Origin: Raillietiella orientalis
Taxonomy: Eukaryota
Assembly: GCA_036172245.1 (NCBI GenBank)
Contig: JAYWIR010000052.1
Span: forward strand, 62,001-126,000
Reading direction: 5' to 3'
Length of the DNA stretch: 64,000 nucleotides
The notes under the pieces were generated by a model. That model made no database searches and was not told the origin of the DNA. It saw only the letters and a program-made list of their open reading frames with translations. The position numbers and the translations under genes were made by a program. This document shows, one piece after another, positions 12,689-26,534 of this stretch (the stretch's first letter is position 1; each line of letters starts with the position of its first letter).

Positions 12689-14919
12689 AAAAAAAAAAAA
12701 GATCTTTTCACTTCGGCTTAAGCGGTGAAGGGACGCTTTTCGTTTGCTTTATGTTTTTTCGCTCTGAAACGGAGCTATTTGGAGTTGGACTGCCGTTGAC
12801 GTCTCGAGAAGTACGCTGTCTTTCTAGCCGCCCGGCTCGTAGCACATCATCCCCCGCGCTGTACGAGTGTGCTTCTCGGATGCGTGTACCGTACGGCGCA
12901 CTCAACCGTACATGCATGGGAGCTTCTGGCGTGAGCTTTTCGTCCTCTGGGCGAGCGGAACGTATAGCCAGATCTGTTGCACCCGTGCACGGGGAGAGAG
13001 AGAGGGAAAAGGAAAAAGAAAAAAAAAAACCAAAACACGCAGCCAGGCGTTTCGTGTCCATAATTACCGAAAGTGTAAGACGGCTTCTGAAACGGGGAAG
13101 AATTCCTGATGCTCAGGGGGAGGGATGCTGAAGCTCCCGTCTCGTGCAAACGGGAATTGGATCCTCTTACGTGCCCGGGTCGCAGGTGAAGACGCTGGCA
13201 AAAGTAACGAGGAAAATTTTTACAAATCAAACAAACGATGTTCTTCCACGCATCTGCTTTCCCTCCCTCTCTCATTTTTCTCCCCTCTCCCTTTTACCCC
13301 CCTAATTTCTTCGTTTCCTAATTTTTTTTTTTAGTGCGGTTTTATATCTGCGCCAGTTCTGAACCGGCAATATTTCATAATAGATTAATGCTTCTTCGCA
13401 CGAGAGATAGTCTTAAATTCAAAAGTTCCTCCCTCCCTCCCCTTTCTCAAAAAGGAAAGAAAAAACTCCTTATGCAAATTTTGCTGGCCCCATAACTGAA
13501 GATTGGCAGAAAATGCTACCAATTTCATCTTCCACAGTTCTTTCGCGGACGACCACGGGCTTCGAGCCCCCCATCTTGCTACGTGGGTAGGCTGTTGCAA
13601 CTAATGAATAGGCAAATTGTGGTTGGGGTGATTCCGAAGGGGGGAAGGCGTGAACGTTTTCACATGGGGTGTCGTTGGGGATGCCGCGAAGCATTTAGGA
13701 GCCAGTGCAGACCTCCTTTTAGAAGCCAGCGGCTGCAATAGTGGGGGGGGGGGGGGATGCTGAGAGAGAACAGGCACCCACCCAGTCGCCGGAGGTGACT
13801 TGGGGTTGGGCAGAAGCACGGGCAACTTCTTTGACAGGGACCAGTATTCAGTTTTCGACCGCTGCATCTTTCGGCCAAACAGAATTCCTCCCCGTGGGCT
13901 CCCCTCTATGCAGGGCGTGAACTTGACCTCGGACACCCATGGGCATCGATTTCCTTCTCCTTTCGAAGGATCTCGGAGTTCCGAAAACCCGCGAGTGCCT
14001 TATCTTAGAAAGATTTTCCATCCCCAGTGTCTTCACATCGAAACACCACGCACGTTTCAGAATCCATGGGCACTCGCCCATGTGACTCCATTTTTAGGAT
14101 GTTTTCGTGATGCCTCCACCTGTGGACTGCGTTCTTGCAGTGAGAACGGATTTCGATTTCGTTTCGCTCAACCACCCGAAAAGCAAAGAAAAGAAGAAGA
14201 ACAAAAAAAACATGGAATTAATGGGAACCATCTTATTCGTCACCCACAAAAGTCGGCTCCTGAGCGTGTCCTTGACTGACGTCAACACGTCCCACAACGG
14301 TGGACACATTTGCATGCAGTGTGCTCCTTCCATCAGCACGTTGTCTGAAAAATCCTTGTCATCCTTGAGCCCTCCGCTGCTTGACGAGCGACGGGGGAAC
14401 TTTAAAAGTCTATTCGTCTCATCAGGACGAATGGAATACGGCAGCACAGTCTCCGTGCAAAATAGCCAGGGTCCACAGACGCCGGCGTCTGAAAGCCCAT
14501 GGAACCATCGAAGCCACGGAGGTGATGATTTGGAGGAGACGAATGGAAAAAAAAAAGGTTCCCCAACGTCTCCGAAATTCGGCTTTGACATGCCGTTTGC
14601 CAGGGGGTATGAGATTCTCACGAAGGAGCCCCGCACAAACCCGCTCCCGTGTGCCCGCTCGAATCAGAGAAGAGGGGAACCAGATGAAATGCAGCCAGAG
14701 AAACGCAGGAGGACGTCGGGTCCAGAGAGGATGCTGATGCGATTTTCCGCTCTAGCGCAGTACGAACTCCATGCAAAACGTCCGGAGTAATGGAATCCTC
14801 CCGAAATAAACTGATAAGAGAGCTCCGCAATGAATTACCTCTTACATGGCTAAATAACATGTAATCTATGACTTGCGGTAATTCATCTCTGAGCCCGCGC
14901 TGGCGGCCGTGCAGCCACC

Positions 14920-15057
14920 GTTTCCGTCCGTCGTACCGGGGGTTCGAATCCCGCCCAGGGGGGAGGTTCGACGCCGAGGACGGAGGATTCGTGGGTTTCG
15001 AGTCCCCCATCTCAGGATGACGCTGGTTGGCCTATTCGGGTGCGGTGCTGGTTCACA
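14920..15057 (+). mobile_element. L1/Tx1-like ORF1 C-terminal tail fragment (left part of a host copy)
   Basis: Homologous to 23650-23790 (gggttcgaatcc...ctcaggatgrcgctg); appears to resume near 16660. Confidence 0.5.
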
Positions 15058-16650
15058 CCCGGTCACGTCGGGGAGTCTGTTTATAAAAAATAAACGTCTG
15101 TAGCAGGACGTCTGATCCTGCCACGTTGCTTGTGAAAACGAGAAGGAACCTGCCGGGAACCGGCACGCAGCCCAGAAGGGTTCGCTTCGGCAGCAGAGGG
15201 GAAGAGGGGACAAGCAAAAGGAAAACAAAATGAAACAAAAAACATACAGTCAAAAAATGGGGAGGGGGTTCGGGAAGGGATCACTGTGTGCTGGAAGGTG
15301 TCCTCTGCATCCCTGTAAGCATGCCGGAAAGTTCCCGTTTTATGGTTCCCAGATGGGGCCAACTTGATGCCGTCCTCATGAAGAGGATAGCAAAATAGAT
15401 GGTGTCCTCGTCGTTCCTCCCTCCTATGGATCGCTCCACGTCTCCACGATCCCGCGTGGGCAGCAAAGTGCTGCTGGGGATGCTGCTGACTGCAGGGTGT
15501 CCCCACGCAAAGAGGAGACGCATTGCGTCTCTGGCGTTGCCACCGGGGGACCCAAGGGTCGTGGCAAAGAGTGCCCAAAGAGGCCGAAGGACAATACGGT
15601 CCACTTGGAGGTGTGGGAGGGATTCCCGCTGCCCCGCACCTTGCACAGTTCGGGTCCACACACCTCCTGTTCAATGATGCTGGCGGGCGTTGCATGGGAG
15701 GCTCCAGTGCAGCTGCATCAATGTCGACTCCTGCCACTTCAAGGCTCATGAACACCTGCACGAGGGTGCGGGTGTTCATGAGCACCGGGGACCACTGCAA
15801 GTCTTCCGCCGGAAGTCCCAGTAGCACTCTCCAGCGCAACAGTCCACGAGGTCGAGCACTCGCGGTCGCAGTCCCGGTGAGCAGGTCCGTCGTCCACTCG
15901 CCCGGTGCTCTTCTCGTTCCGGAGATTTGCACGGTAACCTTTCGTCTAGCCATAAGGCTGTTCCCTGAGGGAGGGTAGCGCGGGGCGGCAAGGGAGATTC
16001 TGATCGCCCACGCACTCTTCACGGCATCTTCCAGGATCTCCCGGAGCGTGCAGCTGTTGTTGAGTGCGTGCAGGAAGGGTCGCACCTGTTCCGCTCTTGG
16101 CTCCTGGATCCCCGCCCACGTGGGAACGGTTTCCTGCAACCAGGCACCACCGCTCGCGGGGCGGCACGAGATCCATCCGTTCTTCCTAGCCAGCGTAGCC
16201 ACCCGCCGAATGTGCAGTCCTCAGCGGATGAGGCTGCGTGGACGGCGCACGAGGAAGGACGCGAATCCCACGCTGCCGGTGGCTTGGGGGCCGAGAAGAG
16301 GTGCGGGCTGGTACCAGGTGGTGCTCCAGAGATTTGCGTCGAGGGCGAGTGTTCGAAAGCTGGAGCTGCAGCTCCTCCAGAGTCAGAAGGAGGCCTAAGC
16401 CGCCGTTCTGGCGCAGAGCACAAAAGCCCTTCAGGTGGACTTGAGGCCTTCCTTCGCCTCATAGAGGGCGATCCGGAGGAGGTCCTTCGTCCGCTTGCTG
16501 ATGCTACATGGCGGGAAGGGCAAACAAAAAGCAGGGGACGGAGAAGGGGGACCACAAACGTGTTCCACATCTGCCTCTTTGGAACGGGCCGAGCTCCTGC
16601 AGTGCTTTTTGGAGACGGCTGGGCCAGGTCAGCAGGACCAGGGCATCAAA
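15058..16650 (-). mobile_element. 5'-truncated L1/Tx1-like copy: ORF2 thumb/C-terminus, zf-RVT, 3' UTR
   Basis: WNTFVVPLLRPLLFVC, PNCARCG..ESLPHLQVD zinc finger, T-rich UTR, terminal ctccccgacgtgaccgg motif; frameshifted. Confidence 0.8.
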
Positions 16651-16659
16651 AAGCTATTC

Positions 16660-17550
16660 GGGGTTCCTTTACGGTTGTGCAAATGGACCTCCCATCGAGT
16701 ACCATGGAGCTGATTGATGCTCCCCTAAGGGAATCGCCTCTCCAGGGTGTAGGAAGCGCCCCTGGGAGAAATTTGGAAGCATCCCTTCCGGGTTCTCTTC
16801 AGAGGAGGGACAAGGAGAGGATCCTTTGCGGGTTCCCTTCGGAGAAGAAAATGGGTGTCCCCCTCCAGGGGACTCCTCTGAAGAGAATGAGGAAGAGATG
16901 GTTCCCTTTGGGGTTGCGCTCCCGAGCGTAAGATCACTGTACCCGGGGGGAGGGGGGATGAACCCGAACTATGCCAGGTGAGGGGAGCGCGAATCTCTTC
17001 CGCACCTGCTTGCGGATTGTGTCGCCCACCGGTCCATCTGTGAACGCTTAGCCTAGGGACTCCGGCGGCAACTCCAGGGAAACGCTCTGAAACTCCTCTT
17101 CGTTCGCGACGCCCTTCGGCCGGCAGCCTCGCCAGCAACCCTGTGCTGCCTACGCGGGATCGTCTCTGCCTGGAACCATGCAAGAGGAGGACCGAGCGAC
17201 AGGGGTGCCATATCCAATTTGCTTCATGTGGCTGGCAACAAGATGGCCCTACCTGAAGGATTGTATGCAGCAAAGCTTGCCGGCATCTTCGAAAGGATGC
17301 AGAGACGTGACCCCTTCCTGCAACCCCCTCCCCCAAAAGTTTATCTATGTTTATTTTATTTGCTTTTGTGTGTCCCCTCCCCTCTGCTGCTGTTACCGAT
17401 TGGCAGACCTCACCGGTCTGCGAATCGGTAACCCGGCCGGCTCCCGGTAAAACGAACGTGGCTGGACCACTGGTCGAGCCACAGTCCTTTGTAAATGTTT
17501 CTTTTTGTTTAAACCACCCACCCACCCACCCCGGGTGGCGTGGACGGGCT
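16660..17550 (+). mobile_element. L1/Tx1-like fragment: ORF1 tail (MELIDAP...) joined to zf-RVT and 3' UTR
   Basis: atggagctgattgatgc motif shared with other ORF1 tails; RESLPHLLADCV at about 16990; UTR hairpin at 17458-17482. Confidence 0.7.
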
Positions 17551-20500
17551 TAAAGAGCTTTGTGAGCTCTTCCCTAAGGAGAGAGAACGGTTTCTTCAGC
17601 GCTTGGCAAATCGAAAAAACCAAAGGAATTCAGTGGTACTTCGGTCATCGTTTGTGGAGAAGGCGTATTGAAAGATACGTTCGCAGGGAGGGATGCACGG
17701 CTTCCCGGTACATCGCTGCTGCAGCGAGATAAGCTGAACAAACAAGCTTGATCCCACTCGATCCCTTCGGTGAAGCAGTGGTCCGCGTTGTGGAAATTCG
17801 TTCGTTTCCCCCCTCAATTAAGGGGGAGCGTTTGCCTCATGCCGCAAACGGCGGTCTGGATTCTGGCTTTCGGGCAAGACGAATTCTCTGCCGTTGGGGA
17901 CGAGAAATTCGGAACGGCGAGATGCGGCGTCTTCCTTTTGTTTTCTGCTGGAGCCGAGATGGTGCAGCACGATGGAAGAGCAGAATCACTTTTGCCGCCA
18001 CCGTCCCGATAATAAATTGGAGCGGAATGCGATCGTTTGCAGGAGCGCTGGGCTGCAAGTGCGCTGCGAGACGAAGTCTTTTATTTGGGAATTTACTGCC
18101 TTAATGAATAGAAGTTTGAAAAGACGGTAGACAAGGAGCAAGTGATCTGTGCATCATAAACGGGGGCCGTAATTCTCCATCAAGCGCGCTATAAACAGAT
18201 ATCCGCGAATTTGTTTTCATTATTCCGGACAATAAATAATAGTAGTAGAATTCCCGGATGTACTGGAAGTGGGGGGGGGGAGGACAATACGATGGCAAAA
18301 AGGCGTTCCCTTGAAGAGTGCCCTTTTTTTTTTTTTTTTTTTTTTCTGTACGATTTTGCGAATGAAGGTATGTCACAAATTACCACTACAAGTGGGCTAA
18401 ATGATCCGGAATACATACATACATATGCATATATGTACATAAATTTCAGTGCTGGGAAATTGCTTTCACGTGGGGGCATGGTTACGGCATCCTTCCGTGC
18501 GACGCGAATTTGTCGGATGACATTCTTCGCTGCGCGCCTGGGAAACGACCGACGCGTCTTGGAGCTCGGCGCTCCTCCTGAAGAGCGTCGCGGCAGCCAT
18601 CGGAGGATTCGTGATTCCCTTCCGCACCCAGGCCACGAGGAGGACGCGTCCATGGCGACGGTCTCCCGAGCTCCCGAATCCTCGAAACGCGGCGGAAATC
18701 GAGGGAAGGGAAGGGATGCGGGGAGGGAAACCCCGTCGGCGCGCAAGCAGATGGAAATCTCCGTTCAGAGAAGTCGAGATGCAGCTATCGACGTTCTTTT
18801 CGCTACGAATCGCCTCTTTTAGCCGCAGTGCGAGATCGCCTTCCCAGTCGCAAAGAGCGCAGCAGACGGACACTTCGTCTTTCCCCCCACCCGCGGCTTC
18901 CGAGGCGCATCTCTCCTCTCGACCCTCGTTGCCTTTATGAGGACCTCGCGCACACGTACACGCGCGCTCCAGCACACGGATGCTGGGGGGATGGTGGGAG
19001 CTGGGCGAGCGCGTGGATCCCAGACCAACGGACCCTTTCGATCGGAAGTGGACATCCATCACCATTTCCCCGAGTACTGCTGAAATAAAACGCTCGCTTG
19101 CGTCCGTAAATAATTCGCAAGAGTTTCCTCGACAAATTGACCTGTTTGGAGTCGAGGCGCGGACACGTTTGGCGGGAGGGGGAGGAGGCCCGTCGAAGGA
19201 AAACGATGCCCGCCTCTATTTTCTTGCACTTTTAGCAGTCGAATTTATGGGAGATTCTCCCGTCAGCGAGAGCTTTGTGCTCGCTAAATAGGGGAACGTC
19301 TTTGGACAAATGCGGTATGGCAATAAAAGCCAGGGAGGAGTTGATTTAGAGATCAAGTGCAAGTGCGTTTTGGGAAAGGGGACGAGCGCGCCCGGGGTAG
19401 ATGCATTCCCTTGCGGTGCCTTCCGGGTCCCGAGGAGAAAAGGGCGCGCGCGCTACCCCACTGGCGGCAGGTTCAAGATCGATCTCCGAGGCAGTTTGGA
19501 TCTCTTCCTGACGGTCCAGGGAAACGGAAACGCGGGCCTGCCGAAGAGGGCCTCCTGTCCTTCTCACCCTGTACGAAAGGGGTGAGGAGGAGGCGCTCCT
19601 CTCTCGCACTGCTACTTTTCGCGTTCAGATTCCCTGCCGAAGAGGCTGCGGTGAGTGACGTGGCGGTGGTGGAATGAGCACCGCACACTCCCGTGCGGTG
19701 GGCAAACGGAAGCCGCCAAAAAGGAAGGAGGTCTTTCTCCGTGCTGCTCACCACGGAGGGGTTCGGCTACCTTCTGCGGGCGGAAGGTGTGCAAAAGGCG
19801 AAGCGATCTGCGTTGTCCCCCAAGTCGAACCGATGAGCCTGGGGGCTGCGTCCGAGTCCGAAGTACCACCGAGAGGTGGATAAACAAGCGATAAGATACG
19901 TACCGAAAAGGAACGAGTCTTTCGAGTGTCCCGGGACAAAAATATACAGAAACGTTTCGAGGGCGCGCACGTCGCCCCGCGCTACGTTCGCGCGGACGTC
20001 TTTTTATCTATTAATCCCCCGTTGACTTTGTCGCTTATCTATTTTCCCGGCTTTTGGTTCGTCGGTCAAGTGGAAAACAATTGTTCCTGGACGATAAGCT
20101 CCTTATTTGCATCCTCGCCCAGCGTGTTTTGACTTCCTGTTTCGATTGTTTTCGTGTATTTTTATTGATGCAAAATTGGTAAACAAATACGTTGGAGAAA
20201 GCGAAAACTGTTTGCCGAGGAATCCCTCCCCGGGAGCGTTCCAATAGCCTCTTGTACACAGCCAGGTTGGCCCTCCCCGTGCCCCCCTCCCCCCTCTGTC
20301 CGCTCCGCAGAGAGAGAGAGAGAGAGGGAGGGAGAGAGAGAAGGATGGACGTGGTGGGCACCTCGACGCTGTGCTGCCGCCTCCCTTCGTCCGTTTCCTT
20401 CTTCGGCGTGCGAGCGAGCGGTGCACGCTGCTGCGATGATGGCCCCTTTGATCACCGCGTGACCTTCTTCCCGAACTTCCCCCGCGCAACTGGACTCGGG

Positions 20501-22079
20501 GTCACCCGCTGAGAGGCGCGCGCCTGCATGAGCGAGGCTCTTGTGGTCCACAGCGCATCTGGGATTTCGGATCGCTGGCTCCGGAGCGGCTTGGCATCGG
20601 CGACGTTCCCTTTCGCTTCCCGGCCGTCCCGTTCCCGAACGCCTCGCCGGACGCGGCTGGGATGGGCTCCTGCACTCGCGAACCTTCCTCCCTCCGCAAC
20701 GCGAGTCCCATAACTTTGGTTTCCTTCATCTCAGCATTTTCTTTTCTTCTCCTCTGCGTTTTTTTTTTTTTTTGTTTGTTTGTTTGTTTCGGACGGGTCG
20801 CCGCCCATGAGGAACCTCCGCAGGGAGAGTTGGAAGGGAGGAGGAGAAGAGAGCTTGCGGGAGGGAATCCCTTCTTCCCTTCTCGTCACGTTTTTTGTTC
20901 CCCCATTCCTGTTGTTGTTCCCTTCCCCCATCTCGAGGACAACAGACAGCTGTTGTTTATTGTCCTCATCGATGATATCCATCAAGTCAATTAGATCCAA
21001 TTTAATTATACCAATTATATCGGCACCATTTGCTTATTTTTGCTCCGGGCAAACCCGCTCCCTGCGAGGAGATCTGAAATTTTCCTCTTCCCGCTGTGGC
21101 ACGGGGACGATCCGGCTCTTCCCCCCCCCCCCCCCCGTCCCCTTCTCCTTTTCCGAGAACCTCACGCTCTCCTGCCGAAGTGCTCTTTGTTTTGCTTTCG
21201 CGCGCGACCTCTCCTCCTCGATCTTCGGAGGAACGCAGCGGCCGAAGATTCTTCCGGGAAACCCCCCCTTGTGGATGTGCCTCTTCCTCCCCTTCCCCGC
21301 TGCCCGTCCGGGACTTCTCCTCCTCCGATGGCTGGTCCCGCGGATGGTTGCGAGGAAGATCGTCCCGTTCCAAACCCTGGCGATGTTTGCCCAGTGTTGA
21401 CGAACCCGCTAAGCCCATGATGACGGACGCTCCTTCCCCGGATTTCGTTTCGTCCGAGATCCTCCTCCTTATTGACTCAAGAAGCGAAAGAGGGGCGTAG
21501 GAAGGGCAGCGCTTACAATCGCCCTTCTCCCCACCCCCACCCCCCCATCGGGATCAGTGGACACAGCTGGATGGAATTCCTCTGGGTCGTCCCTCGTTCC
21601 CCGTAGGTGATGGGATGATCGATCGACGTCCCACGTGGAGGGATAGCTGGAGACACTGCGCGTCTCGCCCTTCGAGGTGCGGCAGCAGCCGAACGAGGTC
21701 TGCGCAGATGCGTCAAGATCCGCGAAGACTCCTTTTGGTCTCCTCTTCTTCATCCCCTCCTCCACCCCCCCCCCCCCCTCTTCCCTTACTCCTTCTCCTC
21801 GTCTTCCTCCAGTCCAGCCAGCCCGCATCTTCGCGGGAACTTCGTCGCCCGCGATGAGGGCGCGATCCTCCCCCACTTCGGCACGGTGCCTTTCACGACC
21901 GGAGGCCCGGTGCCGACCTCTCGGAACGGCTGCTTGGCCCCAATCGTCGTCATCACCTCTGGAGAGACGGGGGGACCGCGCCTCCGATGGCGTCGTGATC
22001 GGAGGCGCAGCTGAAGATTGCGTGCGCAACCTCCAGCCCAGGAAGACAGCCAGGTCGGGGGAGAAAGGCATCTTGCGAT

Positions 22080-23010
22080 TGCGCCAGGGGGTTTCTTTAA
22101 AGAAAATAAATAAGTCGGTGGCAGAACGCTTGGTCCTGCCAAGTTACAGATGTAACCATGGGAACCTGTAGAGGACCGCCACGCAGGCCGGCGAGGTTCG
22201 CCTCGGCAGCAGAGGGGAAAGGGGAAGGTGACAAAAAAGAATAAATAAAACAAAAAAATATATATGCAAAAAAAAATTAGGAGGGTCCGAGAAGGGGTCA
22301 CCGAGTGCTGGAGGGCGTCCTCTGCATCCTTTCCAGGATGCCTGTGTCATCATTTCCAGATGTAGCCATCTTGACGCTGTCCTCAGGAAAAGGACCGCGA
22401 AATGGATAGCGTCCCTTTCGTCCTGGCCTACCCTTGCTGCACGCAGTCACGGTCCCGCCGTGTAGGCAGCAAAGAGCTGCTCGGGGTGCGGCCTGCGCGG
22501 GGGCGTCGCGCGGGAAGAGGCGCTCCAGAACGTCTCTGCGATTGTCCTCGGAGATCTGCAGAACGCGGCAAAGACGTCTTCCCGCAGGGGGCGGAGGGCG
22601 ACACAATCCACAAGCAGGTGCGGGAGGGACTCTCTTTCGCGGACCTGCCCAGTCTGGCCTTGTCCAGCTTCTAGCTGCTGTAGGAGCAGGTCCAGCACCT
22701 TCTTCGAATGCTGACCTCAGGGGAGGTAGCGGCTGGCAGCCTCCGCTGGGGTAAAGGGGCGTGAGTGGGCACGGAGAACTCCCTCTCCAGCACATCTCGC
22801 CGGACTGTGATGTAGTTGAAGAGGACGGGAGCGCGGACCTGGTGAAACTGAGAAACCAGTGGACGCTCTGGGGTGCGCTGAGGGAACCCCTGAGCAACCA
22901 GACCCTTCTCCAGTAACCACCAGAGAGCTCTGGAAGCCGCCTCCTTCCTCAGTGGTTCGCCCGTCTCGGTGCGGAACTTTCGTTGCCTCGGACAAACGCT
23001 GCCGAGTACC
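22080..23010 (-). mobile_element. L1/Tx1-like ORF2 C-terminus, zf-RVT and 3' UTR
   Basis: RERESLPHLLVDCVALRPL, conserved UTR fold, T-rich tract. Confidence 0.8.
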
Positions 23011-23049
23011 CGCCGGTCAACGAGGGGGATTCGCGTCGAGGACCGGGCG

Positions 23050-23500
23050 GGAGGGGAGGGCAGAGAGCGAAGTGCGCCGACCAAGCTCTGACCCGTGGGC
23101 GATCGAGGTCAGCAGGGAGTCGGAAACAGTCAGGTCAGGTTTCCTCAACCGCGGGCTCCGCGGGCCGCGCGAGGAGAGCCTTCCGGCCGGCCGGCAAATC
23201 CTCGGCAGCGTCCGTCCGAGGCAACGAAAGTTCCAAACGAAAATGCCCGGGATCTTCCATGAGGATGGGGCGCTGCATCGAAAGCAACCTCCTCCTTTCC
23301 TCCTCCCCCTCTCTTCCTTCTCCTCCCGCTCTCTTCTTCCTGAGAGAGCAAGAAGCTCCTTTTTCGAGCCCAGATGCGGGGTTCCTGCCCATCCCGACCA
23401 AGAGACCTCCGCGAGTGATTCCCAGGCGGGCGCATGGGAAATCTCGAGGGTGACGCTGACGGTGCCGTCATCGACGGTCGCTCCTTTTGCGTGCGCGCGC
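23050..23500 (+). mobile_element. Probable L1/Tx1-like ORF2 linker fragment (between EN and RT)
   Basis: RGLRGPREESLPAGRQILGSVRPRQRKFQTKMPGIFHEDG resembles the RSR..W.EEGE....F...K......I..L..EDG linker. Confidence 0.4.
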
Positions 23501-23627
23501 ACATGCGCTTAGGAAGCGGGCTGGGTAACGACGGATATCACGCATTTGGAGAGTCGAAGATGTAACGACCCACATCTGAAAGAGTTGCTGAGGTCGCCCG
23601 CGTCGGCGGCCGCCTTGAGGCTGCGGC

Positions 23628-24700
23628 CTCCTCCCGGCTCGGCTCCAAGCGTCGCGGGTTTGAATCCCTCACGGGGGGGAAGGATCGACGCCCCGCGAAC
23701 GGAGGGTGCGTCGTCGCCGTCGGTTTGTAGCTCCCCTCAGGATGGCGCTGATTGGCTCACATTCGGGCGCGGCGGTTCCGGCGGAAGCTGGAAACTCCCG
23801 GATGCCCCCGTCGAGAGACCAATATCCTGGAACAACCCCGGAGGATCGGAAGTCGACACTCCGGGGTTCTTCCAAGATGGCAAGGAGCCCTTCCGGGTTT
23901 CCCCCCCTCCGAGGGTAAAGAAGAAGCCGTTATCATGGAGCTGGTCGATGCTTCCCTGAGGGGGGGGTAGCCTCTGCAGAGTCGAGAAGCGCGATGCTGC
24001 CTTCGGGGAGCGCCCTCCAGAGGAGTTGGGAAGCATCCCTCTGGGATCCCCATCAGAGAAGGGGTAAACAAGGAGTGGAACCTTCCAGGGGGTCCCTCCG
24101 GAGAAGAAAACGAGGACGACGAAGAGGTTCCCTTCGGAGGCAACCAGGGCGAGGAAGCGTTCCCTCCGCGGTTCCCTAACGAGCGCGAGAGGAGCGGAGT
24201 CCCACCTTCCTCGCGAACCTTCCTGGATTCATGGGGTGACCCCTCCGGGGAGCGACCCCCTAACCTGAAGAGTCACTCGTACCCTCAGGTGACGCCGAAT
24301 GGCGTCAAAGAGCTTGGACCTCCCCTCTAAGGAGGCAGACGGCTCTTCGGCACTTGGCGACCCCCTTTCGTAAAAAAAAAGAGTCCTCCAAAATAGGCAG
24401 AGCTGTTCTTCGTTTCCTGGGGCGCTGGTCCGCACGGAGCCTGGAAACTTCCCTCCTGGAGCATGCGCGCACGGAGGCGAACTGCACTGTGGAAGCGGCC
24501 AATGCCCGACCCGACCCTGACTGCCCAAGAGCCGCACCCGCGTAGCTTTCAGGTCGGCCGGCTGTGTTGCTCCTGGAAAAGCCATGAAATCCTGGGAGGA
24601 GGAGGAGGAACGCGCCGCGTGTCCCGAGACCTCACTGCGCCTGGTGATCCAGCAGACTGAGAGGTCAGGCTTGGCGCTCGGCCCCCGGGGGTCCTCGTCT
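23628..24700 (+). mobile_element. L1/Tx1-like ORF1 acidic tail (GEENEDDEEVPFGGNQGEE) running into a degenerate ORF2 piece (GPHGAWKL)
   Basis: Homologous to 36849-37512, 46320-46900 and 47770-48090. Confidence 0.6.
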
Positions 24701-25610
24701 TCGGGCGTGTCCGTGCGCTCTTTCGTCACAACCCCCTCCCCGAATCCTCAAACCCATACCGAGAAGCGAATCTCCTCCAGGAACGAACAGGAACGATGGA
24801 CGTCCCCGTGCCTCGGAGGAGGTAGGGAAGGGTCGAGTCAGCGACCTCGCGCGGAAAGTGTGTCCCTGTAGCCATCGTTGGCTGGACCCTGTGGTTCTTC
24901 GCCCACCCGGCCACCCTGCCCTGCGGGAGCAGGGCGCTCTTTGGGAAGCGAGGCGTGGTCTGAAAATCCTCATCCAGAGTGACGGGATGGCGACGCGCGC
25001 CTGAGGTGGACACATGCGGCTCGCCGCTCCTCTTCCAGGAGGCGTCGTGGAAGGGACCGCGGCGAAACCCACGGAAACCCGGCTCTTCTTCGCCGCGTCG
25101 TTTCCACGCGCGAGCGGTCGCGTCGCCGTGGAAACGTGATATCCTCCTTGCGACTGCGGTCGCGGCGCGGCAACCCTCGCCGGACGGGGGCACTGAGCGA
25201 TTCCCCCCGTGCTCCGGATCCGCGAAACCTCCCACCCAGTCCTTTCACAGGAATCCCTGGGTCACCCGCTTCTCGGGAGCAGCGGAGCTCCCCTCCACGT
25301 GAGCAGCGCGTCCACCGCCCAGGAAAAAAAAAACGAGTTCCCCTCGCCCCATACACCCACGCGAATTCCCGAGGTGCTTCGCGCTTCATAACCTCGCGGA
25401 CTGGGCTCGTCTCAGACGCTCGGTCCTAGGGTTCTGAGATCAGCTTCCCCTGCACCATCTGCCCGCGGGATTCGGGGAGGGGGTTTGTGACGGAAGGGTT
25501 GTACTTGCAGGCCCGCCGTTGCACCAGGAGCCCCAACGCTCGTCGGCTGGAGGGACGAGCGCCAAGCCTGGCAGTTCGGGTCGGTCAGCTCGCTGGACGA
25601 CCAGCATTAC

Positions 25611-26500
25611 AACAATAATAAAAGTACATTTCAATTAGTCACGTGGCGAAGCACTTGGGTCACCACGTCCGTCCAACTTGCCGGTCACCGGAATGGTGGA
25701 TGGTGAGGTCCGCTCCAGCAGCGAAGGGGGAGGGAAAACTACATACACACACACCAAAAAAAAAAAAGGGGGGGAAAAAGGGGGTGAGAGGAAACGTTTC
25801 TTGAGGAGGGGAGGGCGGGGAAAGGATCACAACACGCAGGGAAACGTCCTCTGCATCCTGCCCAGGATGCTGACAAGTGGTGTGCTTGTGTTGCCAGGTC
25901 TTCAAAAAGATCCGAGCCCAATGGATGGCGTCCCTGCTGTTGTGACCTCTCCTTCCCGCGTCCCGGACTGCCGCGATCCCGCGGACACAGCAGTGGACTG
26001 CGAGGGACGCGGCTGGCGGCTGAGCGACGCGCGTGAGGAGGCGCCCCCCGAATGTATCTGATCCCCAGGGATTTCTAGGATCGTCGACTGACGGTCTCAA
26101 AAGGGTGGGAGGGCGGCACAGTCCACGAGAAGGGGGTACGGGAGGGTGTCCTTTCTCTCCGCACCGATTCCAGTTGGCATCCCCACTCTCCCGCTGTCTG
26201 GTGGTGGAGGCCCTGCCAATGTTGCATGAGATCCCCCCATGCAACCACCAGATCAGGCAAGGTGCCTCGTGAGATTTTATTTCTATCTTTACGCCAAAGC
26301 ACCTCAGCAGCCGGTCTTCTCGCAGCCACCGATCCCAGAGGTCGCTATTTCGATAGGGGATGAGACGAGTCTCGACGAGCGTTTCAGGATCGGTGAGGCA
26401 ATGACCACCATCGGGAAACCGAAGAGACGGAAAGAGCCAGGGGAGGACGGATGGCCTGCGGAGTTCTGTCAGTGCTTCGTGACAGAGATGACCCCCCATT
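25611..26500 (-). mobile_element. Diverged L1/Tx1-like ORF2 C-terminus and 3' UTR
   Basis: NWNRCGEK zinc-finger remnant, ILGRMQRT terminal motif, UTR hairpin at about 25640-25668. Confidence 0.7.
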
Positions 26501-26534
26501 GATGCAGAAGTTAGCCTTGCTGATCGGTTTTTAT

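Noticed and set aside
15180..15196. U6 snRNA 5' end look-alike (tcgcttcggcagca)
   Set aside because: It is the antisense of the element's UTR stem; no further U6 sequence follows and paralogues differ.
21000..21650. Penelope-like RT remnant on the minus strand
   Set aside because: Only vague motif echoes across frameshifts; not supportable without a profile search.
24262..24300. Hammerhead-like CTGAAGA-GTCAC...GTGAC
   Set aside because: Lacks the GAAA core and is not conserved in the homologues at about 36870 and 45345.
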